Source: Lophium mytilinum
Taxonomy: Eukaryota
Direction of reading: 5' to 3'
Length of the DNA: 64,000 bases
Assembly: GCA_010093605.1 (NCBI GenBank)
Contig: MU004191.1
Location: forward strand, 103,397 to 167,396
Position 1 is the first letter of the stretch, and every line of letters starts with the position of its first letter. This document shows, piece by piece, positions 23,479 through 33,484 of this stretch. The translations under genes and the position numbers were made by a program. The notes below the pieces were generated by a model. That model was not told the origin of the DNA. It made no database searches and was given only the letters and a program-made list of their open reading frames with translations.

Positions 23479-24010
23479 ATGGCGGCATCCGATGTACTAT
23501 CCGCTCTTATTCCCAGCGCCCCCGGCCTCCTTCCTTACTGGCTCCTCATCGTTCGTCCCCTCTTACCTTGCTCCCTCATATAGATCCTTTCATCTAACCA
23601 GTTACCAGACTTCTGCCTTCTCGATATTAAACTTCGTCGCCTGTTACACCTCTCCCCCTTTCTTCCTCCGCACTTACTCCAACCCGTATCCCAACGCCCC
23701 TCCCTCAAAACCGAACACGCGCTCTTCTCAAAAATCTTCCGCCTCCGCTTCGGATTCTACTGTTCTTCCCGCCCGCATTTTCGGCACCTGGACCCTGCTC
23801 GCCTGCATTCTCCGAACCTGGGCCGCTTACGCTCCCGATCATACCGATATCTACGTCATCACGATTTGCACTTATCTCATTGCCCTGGGCCATTTCACGA
23901 GCGAGTGGTTGATTTACGGGACGATGACTTTGAAAGGTGGATTGGCGCCGCCGCTTTTCTTCTCGACGACCACGACGGCGTGGATGTTGGCGAACTGGGG
24001 GACGTATTAA
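23479..24010 (+). CDS. erg28: ERG28-like ER membrane scaffold protein
   Basis: ATG at 23479, GLLPYWLLI, one GT-AG intron, then ARIFGTWT, IALGHFTSEW, GLAPP and WM, which are Erg28 family motifs. Confidence 0.85.
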
Positions 24011-24503
24011 AGTGTGGATGGGGATGGAACGTCGATAACACGGCAATCAGAACGAACTAGCTTCTTAGCTATGGTCATGGTGCTCCGGATCTTGGAGGTA
24101 ATTGCATCTTCCGTGGGCTGTCGCCTGTGAGGAGGGTATACACATTGTGATAGACGTTTACACCACAGTGCTTTCCACAATGCCATATGTGGAAGGACAG
24201 AGGATTTTATGTACGACGAGATTAACAATGATAGAGCTATGGCTCATATCCCGATTCTATTATAGGCTTCTCGCATTTCAAGGTTTATCGACACAAATGG
24301 AGACGAGGACCAGGTACCAAGATTGCGTGCACCACATCCCTAATTAGACATTGTTCAGGCCCTGTATGTACTTGTAAAAACACAATGCTAGGCGGCTTAG
24401 TATATAACGACCCTGATCGATTCAGCTATCTCTTCATCACACAGGCTGCATGCATTCGTTTTCGCTTGTTAAGAAAACCACTGCAATCACAGCAACCTCA
24501 ACC

Positions 24504-25625
24504 ATGCCAGGTCCACGAACATTGGAGCGATACAGTCGCATTGCTCACGCTCCTCTGAGCACATACATCCTGAAACTGGACATTTGTCGACAATACCAGG
24601 AGTTCGACCTGGATGAAATGCCGCCAGTACCTCAAGTTCCTTCGCTGCTCTTGGAGGATCTTGAAGAGTCCCCTCGTAAGGAAGACTGCGTCGCTCTTGT
24701 GAGCGGCTCTGACGCATTTGCTGGCTGCAAGGATGTTTGGGTCCAGTCTATCACGGAGCAGATCGCCGGAATCAAGCTAGCTCGGGATGACCTTGTGCAC
24801 ATTGACCTCGTTCAAAATGGCGATGAGCTCGTGGCCCACCTTCAATGGCCACTTGCATCTCCGGCAAGCGAATCCGGCCTGGCATACTCAAACTTGTGTG
24901 CCACATCTGGAGAAGTCCTATGGAGCCACCCAGCCGACTATGAGATGATAAACATTCCACCTGTTGACTTCCGGATGTTTTCCGATGCTGAAGCCTTTGG
25001 ATGGCGAAAGGTAAGTGTGACAAACATCCTTCACCCTCGGCTCTATGATCGGTTTCTGGCATCAAAGTATGCACTGGCTACCAAGTTCAGCAGCTTCTCC
25101 AATCAGGCTCTCGCGGAATGCGTTCCGTATTCCCATCGTACTCAGACCGGCGATAAAGATGCGGACAAGAAGAACTTAGTCCGTTTCCTGACGCAAGCTC
25201 GAATTTCATTCCACGGAGGGAATGCCGGCTTCAAAGACGCTTCGCATTCGAACATCGTTCAAACAACTACCGACGTCTACATTGCACTCGGTGACAGCGA
25301 TTGGCAGACCGGCTCTGGCCCCTCGAAAGTCAAGCGCATTCTCGTATGTGCTACATTGCTTGGACGAACTGCTCGTGTCAATGACAATCATACAGTCGCG
25401 GATGGCTTCTCGGTACCTGGTAGTAGCGCTCATGCCGACACCCTACTCACGAAGGAGGATTGGCTACATGCTGACGCTGGCCAGGTTCTTCCTTTGTATG
25501 AAATCGAGTATGTGTGGACACCACAAAAGCAGCAGCACCTTGATGCATATGCATTGCATGCTTCCGGTCTTCTCACGGGCTTCGATCGGGCAAGACTGCC
25601 CTCCGAATGGTGCCGCGTGCTCTAA
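24504..25625 (+). CDS. PARP/ADP-ribosyltransferase-fold-like protein, divergent
   Basis: Intact long ORF (24450-25625) with C-terminal ISFHG, ILVCATLLGR and QVLPLYEIEY elements resembling a PARP catalytic domain. Confidence 0.55.
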   Translation: MPGPRTLERYSRIAHAPLSTYILKLDICRQYQEFDLDEMPPVPQVPSLLLEDLEESPRKEDCVALVSGSDAFAGCKDVWVQSITEQIAGIKLARDDLVHIDLVQNGDELVAHLQWPLASPASESGLAYSNLCATSGEVLWSHPADYEMINIPPVDFRMFSDAEAFGWRKVSVTNILHPRLYDRFLASKYALATKFSSFSNQALAECVPYSHRTQTGDKDADKKNLVRFLTQARISFHGGNAGFKDASHSNIVQTTTDVYIALGDSDWQTGSGPSKVKRILVCATLLGRTARVNDNHTVADGFSVPGSSAHADTLLTKEDWLHADAGQVLPLYEIEYVWTPQKQQHLDAYALHASGLLTGFDRARLPSEWCRVL

Positions 25626-26730
25626 GTCTTCTTGGATTCTGCCTTCAGTGAGCTAGACTGATGGGGTCCTGAGACCAAGCTGTTCCACCTGCCGACCATC
25701 CATGTGGGCATCTCACAGATGCTAACTTAGGTAACTATCAATCAACCAAACTACCTCTCAATTCAGGTAGGTACCTGTCTCACACACTACAATCTCCACG
25801 TGATCCCTAAGTGCTTGACCATTTCCTATTTCATTGTAATATTCTGAGCCGTACTGACAAGTTACCGCCCTTACTAGTGAGAACTACACATGTACAATGT
25901 CGTCTAGCTTCCACTTTGAGTTGTCCATATATCTATTTTGAGAGTGTTATGCTTATGTAATTGTACCTAAAGCTCCGCAACGACCGCACGCCAACCTTCT
26001 TTCGCCGACATCAACGCCTCCAAGGCAGCTCTAACCACAACAATCTATGAGAAGCTTATGATTCTTTCCAAATACTAGAGACGGCAACTCGGAACATGCA
26101 CTCCAAGGATGATGGAGTCTTTATCATATCTAACTTTTACAGGCTTGGTGTAAGCTACGGTGCTCAATTGATCGGGGCAAAACCAACCGCTCAGGTCAAG
26201 ATCCAGAAGCACAGTACTCGCAGATGTTGTTTGCGGCCAATCGGGTTCTTTCAACATTGTCAAAAGCATTCTCGCCAGTCTTTGTGTTGTCACGTGACAT
26301 ATCTCAAACTTCTATGTCATCTCTTTCTTTTCACATCCAAACTCTAGAAACACTGGCCTCTACTACTACTTTGAGTTTGGAAAGCATGGCTGAATGCAGG
26401 AGCAAGACCTCCTAGTCGATAGGGCTGCATAAAGGTGTAAAGTTTGGCTTTGTTACTTGCCGCATTAGGACGGCGTTCCATTCGTCAACACCAATATGAA
26501 CCTTCATGGCGGAGTTCCTCACAATTTAGGATCTAACACCCCGCCCGAAGAGGCCTCGCTGTGGATGACGCCAAGAACGCTGAGCTCTTACCTGAGTAGG
26601 TCACCTTTTGGTGGCTGAATGTGAGAACGCAACCGTCCACCTCGCAGCTTCTCTTTCAAGCCCTATGATATTTAGTCTATCGAACCCCTCCCCCACCTAA
26701 CAAACTGACTAGGCTCCCAAGTCACCGAAC

Positions 26731-27342
26731 ATGTACCTCAAGGCCCTTATTATTCTAAAGTGCTACCTCTGCGGCTTCGGAGCAGCCATCGGCTTCCCCG
26801 GCCCAGCACCAACACCCGCCCCAGCCCTCCCCATCGCTCGCTCAGCAGAACTCAATAAAGAAGCACGCGACCCATTCGGCCCATTCAACTACGCCTCCTA
26901 CATCCCACAGGTCGAATCCTACATTAGCAAATACGCGAGCGACATCCCCGCGGACATCAGATCTGAATATGTCGCCATCCCTTCTAACATCGACTCCCTC
27001 ATCAGCGACTTCGCCACGGCCCTTCCCTCGGATGCGTTGTCGTATATCAGCGAATATGCCTCTGAGTACGAGTCGTATGTGAGCGAGTTCGCTACGCTTC
27101 GCAGTGATATTCGTAGCGATATTCGCAGTGATCGTACTAATTCGCGCACGACGGATACCGCTAGTTCTAAGGAAACTGGAAGTGACTCGAGGACGTCGAC
27201 GGCGACGGCGACGGTGACGGGGCAGAACGCTAATGCGGCTGCTGCTGCTACTACTTCGGGGAATGGGGCGGTGGCTACAGGGGCGGTGGGATCGGGTATG
27301 GGGGGTCTTGTTGTAGCGGTGGCTGTAGTTATGCTGGGCTGA
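26731..27342 (+). CDS. Putative GPI-anchored Ser/Thr-rich cell-surface protein
   Basis: Hydrophobic N-terminus, S/T-rich stalk with RSDI x3, and a small-residue omega region (SGNGA) followed by a hydrophobic C-terminus. Confidence 0.75.
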   Translation: MYLKALIILKCYLCGFGAAIGFPGPAPTPAPALPIARSAELNKEARDPFGPFNYASYIPQVESYISKYASDIPADIRSEYVAIPSNIDSLISDFATALPSDALSYISEYASEYESYVSEFATLRSDIRSDIRSDRTNSRTTDTASSKETGSDSRTSTATATVTGQNANAAAAATTSGNGAVATGAVGSGMGGLVVAVAVVMLG

Positions 27343-27526
27343 GGATTCTCTCCGTTTCGGTTTACGAATTGACGCCCGTGATTATCGAAGTTAGTAATAA
27401 CAAAGTTGCGTTCTATTCTGTTCCACACAATGATGTGTTGATCCCTTGGCCCTAGGAAATCTTATCGCATCGAACCCCGTGGTTCTCTCAACATGAGACA
27501 TGAAGTAGCTACTTCCTAAGCTCCTT

Positions 27527-28654
27527 TTACTCCAGATTTATAATGACCTTTCCCATATGTTTCTGACTTTCTAGATACGCAAACGCCTCTTTCGCTTGAT
27601 CAAAGGGAAACACCCTATCAACGAATGGCACAATCCTTGCCTTCTCGTAGAAATTCGCAACTTCTTGTAGTACGTCTTTTCCTCCTACAATCACGCCTTG
27701 CATCATCGCATGCTTTCTTATAAGTATCAAACTAACTCCAAGCAGCTCAGCATCTGACCCTTTCCCACTCACGTACCCGATGTCGTTGATCAATCCTCCC
27801 CATTTCAAGCTCTTCAGTGATTGGATGATGGTTTTCTGGCCGGCAGTCTCCATGACCATATCGACCCCTGTGCCGTTCGTGATGCGGAGAACTTCCTCAG
27901 ACCAATTAGGACTATGCGTATAGTTTATGCAATAGTCCGCACCAAGCGTCGCGCAGGTCTTCAACTTCTCATCAGACGACGAGGTGACTATCGTAGTCAC
28001 ATGCATCGCCTTCGCTATTTGCAGCGCCACAATCGAAACTGCCGTCCATCAGCCACGACCAACCACACTAAAGCATCATACGAACCCACCTCCCCCAGTC
28101 CCCAGTATCAAAACCGTCATCCCCGGCCTCAGCGGCCTCATCCCACAAAAAAAAGCCGTCCAACACGTACTCCCCCCTCCCACCAACGTAACCGCCTGCT
28201 CCCAACCCAAATACGCCGGCTTCCTCACCGTCGCATAATGCGGCAAGATCTTATACTCCGTCAAACACCCTTCCAGCGGCAGCCCGCTCCCCGTCTGCAT
28301 GTGATACGCCGTCACGGGGCCGGCCATGTGCTCCGTGTTATATAAACACAGCACTTCATCGCCGACCGCGACGCCAGTCTCTGCTAAGTCGACGGCGCTT
28401 CCGACTGCGACGATGATGCCGGCGCCGTCGCTGCAGGGGACGAGGGGGAGTGGGGTTTTGCTGTGGGTGCGGAAGGTGTTGTAGTAGCCGGTCATGGCGT
28501 CGAGGTCGCGGTAGTTCAGGGAGACGGCTTTGATGCGAATGAGGACTTGGTGCGGGAGGAGGGTGGGCAGGGGGGCGGAGGGTTGGAGTTCTAGGGCGCG
28601 GTAGCCGGATGATAAGTCGCTGACCCAACGGCGGGTGGTTGTAGGGGTTGGCAT
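27527..28654 (-). CDS. Medium-chain dehydrogenase/reductase (zinc-type ADH-like / quinone oxidoreductase family)
   Basis: AVSLNYRD, VPCSDGAG, VLILGTGG, VTSSSDEKL and HMGKVII. Two exons. Confidence 0.9.
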
Positions 28655-29078
28655 GTTGAGATTGAGGGTTTCTGGAAGTAAGGACTACAGAAGAGTACTG
28701 GAGATCTTGACAGCGAAACGATCGTGGATTGCCAATCTGTGACGAGTGTCTCAGATCTTAGTTGTGATAGGAAAGGCTCTCGATACTACCGAAGGGTCCA
28801 CGAAGTTGTCTCTAGAACACCAGGTGACAATCATGTCATGTGAGAAGGTGGACAGGTGGGACTTAGGTTCGGATACAGAACCCGATCATTCGCTGGAAAC
28901 ATCGGGAATGCTCCCGTGAGACGAGTCATGAAGCTTTTCTGGCTCGCTTGGCGCCTCTTCTGGTAGGACACATATGATTTGGGTGAAAGGAAAGTCACGA
29001 TTGAACTCAAATTGAGTGTAAGCTTTCACTGGCTGATAACGTAGTCTCCAGGTGGTTAGGATTTGGTAGTTGAACCCA

Positions 29079-30262
29079 TCAAAGCCCTTCCTGTGGATGG
29101 ATCACTAATTTTGCGCCACTAACTTCGTTGTCCATGAGCACCTTGCTCCCCGTTGGAATCGCCGCGAGCCCCCCAGGGAGAAACTGATGTCGCATCGGCT
29201 TCACAGCACCGTTCTCCAACCATTCGGGAAGTACTTTGAAGTACTCCTCCGAAAGCTCTGTCCAAACATTAGCAAAACCATCAATCTTCCAGGTTTGCCT
29301 CGTCCCGAAAGGCTTGGTCGGTCTCGTCCGCCCCGGCAAAACAGAATGCAGCAATATCGCGCAGACTCCAGGCTTCGTGTCTGAAAGCGCTGTGTATGAC
29401 TGTATTTGAGTGTCATCGGCGGCCGCAGAATCTACGGCGTAGATGAGATCATCTCCAGTGATCTCTCGTATTTGCGCATTCAGATCTTCGGCGTCCCGGT
29501 CGAATACATGCGTCGCACCCGCTGCTTTTACGAGGTCGGCATTCTTCGGGCTGCACGTAGTGAGAATGCGCTTGAAGCCTGCTAGGACGCAGAATTGAAT
29601 GCAATACTGGCCCACAGATGTTGAACCACCCATTATCAAGATCATGTCGGACCTTTTCCGAGACGGGACCCCAGGCCAAAACGGGGGCGAGATGGCGAGA
29701 CCAGTCTCATGAAATACCAGTAGAGTCATTAGTACTGATGTTTCTGTAGGATTGAGATGGCTTACGAGACACTAGAGCTGCAATTGAAGCTACACAGACC
29801 GTTGATGCCTCGTCGTTCGAGATGTTCTCCGGAATTTTGCAAGCAATGGTACTCGAGACGACCATGTATTGCTGGAAAGCGCACTCATCGGGATTGAGCA
29901 TACCTCCTTGACACATACTAGTTCGAGGTTAGTCGAAGTTTAGTAATCCAAACATGTTTACTTACGCTCTGTCTCCAACTTCGAAGTTCTTCACATCTGG
30001 TCCGATCGCTGAGACTATCCCAGCAATATCCGACCCTAGAACCGCTGGGTAGATCGAGACATGAAAGCCTCTCGCGGGGATCTTCCAATCTACCTAAAAT
30101 TGCGTTAAGGTATGTTGATACTAAGTATCTTCTGCAACAAACAGGATTCAACGCTGCACTTTCTATCCGGATCTGAATCTGGTCTGCTGTAGGTATGGGG
30201 ATCGCTCGCTGCCCTAGAACTAGAGCCGCTCTCTTTTTCGGATAAAGCGAAGCTGTTTGCAT
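29079..30262 (-). CDS. MDR oxidoreductase, trans-enoyl-reductase-like (LovC/ToxD family)
   Basis: Spliced AALNP|VDWK, VLGSDIAG, AFQQY, GGSTSVGQYCIQ, CSPKNADLVKAAGATHVFD and VSGAKLVIHP. Confidence 0.85.
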
Positions 30263-31281
30263 CGTGAGAATCGTTTTATGACTGCGCCTTCGACAAATCA
30301 GTGACGCCGAGAATCAAGTCAGTTTTGAAGTAGTTTTAAGTTGATGCGGACTAGAGCGAGACGGAATTAAGTTTCTTCCATCGATGAAGGGAACCATCAT
30401 CTCAAGGTTCCAAGCGACCGATTAGAGATCCACGTGGTCTCCAAAGGCTACACGGCTGTGTGTTCGTGAACTGGTGATGCGGTAGAGGGAAGTCGTCTCC
30501 AGCGGTTCGGGAGTTGTCCGAAGATGCGGGACGATGCCGAGATAGGGGGTCGCTTAATATCGTTAGCGCATCTAGTCTCCCTGCTATGGCTGCTTAGTTT
30601 GACTTCCACCTCAGCAATGCCCAAACTCTCTTATCTGGCTATACAGGTATCTCCTACAGAGCGGAACCAGCTTCCTTCGGCTTCGGATAAGCAAATTGAA
30701 ACTTCAACCGCAGTCAACGCTACCTTGAGACAGACGACTATTCTCTTGCGAGAGGTTAGAGTACTGTTTCCCGGCCTTCTTGCCGCGAGGGCAATAGGCT
30801 TAGGTAACGGCATACACTTCGAGTGCAGTACCCTATCGTTTCAACCAGTTCAAAGTGGCACTGTGACTCGGACGTCTTGGCTGTCGGCTAGGCTAAACAC
30901 CTTCGACTGGATGCTCCCAAGGATGCTGGTTCCGTCGATATCCATCCGGCATCATGCATTCCTAATCGTGGCTTGATCCAATTAAAACTATAATCTACAG
31001 ATGCGGCTAGATGGGCTTTTATGAACCGAGATGTTGGAGTGGGACGAGCGTTGATACATCCCGCGTTGACCCAGATCCATCCTTCCCGCAACGGGGACGT
31101 GATCATTGGCTACTTTCAAAAGCCGCACATATTCGTAGAGATCTCTTGGAACCGAGATAAGAATCAGTTGAAAAGGATATAACTTTGATGGTTGCTCCGA
31201 AGATCTTTCCTCTTCTTACTCTGATTCAAGTCGATTGTCTTGGGAAAGTTGGGTTTTCAAAAACTATCGGGACATACGAAG

Positions 31282-33234
31282 ATGTCGAAGGTCCTGAAGT
31301 TCCTCGAAGTTCGCCAGAAAGATGATATCTACCTTGTACAAGGAGCTACACGATGGGGAAATCGCGACTTATATCCCATCACTGAGGGCGAGAGAACTGT
31401 ACGTACATACACCCTACTCTACTCGGCGGCAGCGACTAACTTAGATCTCGTAGTACACTTCCCGTGCTTACTTCGCGTACTTGGTCACCAGTGGGGTGTG
31501 CATTACGGCGTGGACTCTTGGTAGCAGTTTGATCGGCTATGGGCTTACAGCCGGTCAAGCATGCGGCGCTGTGCTCACAGGCTCTGTTGTCGCTTGTATC
31601 ATGGCTGTACTCTGTGGCCAGGTCGGACGAGATCTGCATCTTGGAGTAAGTACGGCAATCGTTATATTTGAGATACCACTAACACAGTACAGTACCCAAT
31701 GATGGCCAGAGCTGGGTTCGGTCTGTACGGCAGTTACTTCGTCATCTTGATCAAGTGCTTCGTCTCGTTCATCTTCGTAAGCCAATGAACACTCCTTTCC
31801 TACCTCTTACTTACCTAACTAGTTCGGCACCCAAGCCTATTTTGGCGGACAGTCCATCGTGTTGATACTCAACGTTCTCTCTCCTGACTTCATGCGTATG
31901 AAGAACACTCTCCCAGAATCGTGAGTCTTGACATCCCGAGCGATTCCTTGGAAGCTACTAATAGACCTTCAGTGCCGAGATCACGACCCGTAATCTCATC
32001 GGCTTCCTCCTATACTTTGTCGTATTCTTCCCGGTCATATACATTCCACCACATAAACTCCAAACTTCCTCTACCCAGGTTTCCTCGTCATTTGTGCCAC
32101 AGTCTTCGGCGTTCTAGGCTGGGCAATGCACGCAAATAGAGGACCCGGAAATCTCATTGCGCCCAAGATCGCCATTACCAAAGCAGATGCCGTTTTCAGG
32201 ATGGTGCAAGGCATTTGCTCCACCGCCAGTGCCTGCACCGGGGCTGCCGGTAAGCCTTCCATATCCCAAATCAGGACTACTCACTAACTCTTTGCACTCC
32301 GCGGCAGCGATTGGACTCGATTCGCAAAAAGCAGGAATGCCCCTATTGCATCCCAGCTGACAGCAGCACCGTTCACTATTACACTCACAGCACTGATCGG
32401 TGTTCTCGTCACAAGCGCTACCACCCAGATGTACGGCGTCGTAATGTGGAACCCACTCGTCATGCTCCAGTACGTCCAACTGAACCACTACACCGCCGCA
32501 TGCAGAGCCGGAACCTTCTTCGCCGGCCTCGGCTTCCTCTCCAGCCAGCTCTGGGTAAACATGACGCAGAACACCATATCTTCCGGCATGGACCTCGCAG
32601 GTCTCGCGCCTAAGTATCTTACCATGCGCCGTGGAGCTCTCATCCTGGCCGTCTGCGGAATCATCATCCAGCCATGGCGATTCCTCGCCAAAGCTAACGT
32701 CTTCATCACCGTCCTCTCCGCTTTCGGCGTCTTCATCGCCCCAATCACCGGCGTAGTGATTGCGGACTTCTGGGTTGTGCGGAAGCAGAAGTGGAAGATT
32801 CCCGATCTCTATGAAAAGGGTGGTATTTATTGGTTTACTTTCGGCATGAGCTGGAGAGCCTTTGTTAGCTTTTGGTTCGCCGCCATACCTTCCATGCGTA
32901 AGTGCAACACTCCCCAATATTCCGAGGAGTACATAGACTTACGAGAGTAGCTGGTTTCATCGCAACTTGCGGAGAATATAAGATTGCCAAGGCTGCCACC
33001 TGGATATTCCAACTAAATTATTTCATTGGATTGGTTCTCTCGTTCTGCAGCTTCATCGTCATCTGCCATTTCTTTCCTCCAGAAGGACTGGGCATCAGTG
33101 AAAGCTTCGATGATGCCATCCTTGGTGAGGCACCAAGAAGTAGTCTTTCCGCAGTTTCAGACGGGAATGAGGGTGATGTGGAAAAAGGTGCAGCAACAAT
33201 AGTCACAGCAGAGAAAGGTCATCTCGACCCTTGA
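31282..33234 (+). CDS. NCS1-family nucleobase/allantoin permease
   Basis: RWGNRDLYP, WNP, CRAGTFFAG, SSGMDLAGLAPKYLTMRRG, IQPWR, PITGVVIADFW and DLY...GIYWF. Multiple GT-AG introns. Confidence 0.9.
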
Positions 33235-33484
33235 TCAGTAGTCAGACGGACACAACCCCGATGACGTTCACTACATAAGAAGTCAAAGGTATCGTAGCAG
33301 AATCTTGTATTAGACGCATAGAACACAGCCTCCGGGGGATCTAAACCAACGCACCATGCAAGTGAAAGGACATTGACACCATGAGCACATCTAATCCATT
33401 CCATCGTTCAGTCACCCAGACAACCCTCATCGGACTCCAGACATACCGCAACACCTGGAACACACCCATCACGAACGACTCTAC

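Noticed and set aside
1..33234. Starship or other giant mobile element carrying the accessory genes
   Set aside because: No tyrosine-recombinase captain or element boundary was recognised in the window.
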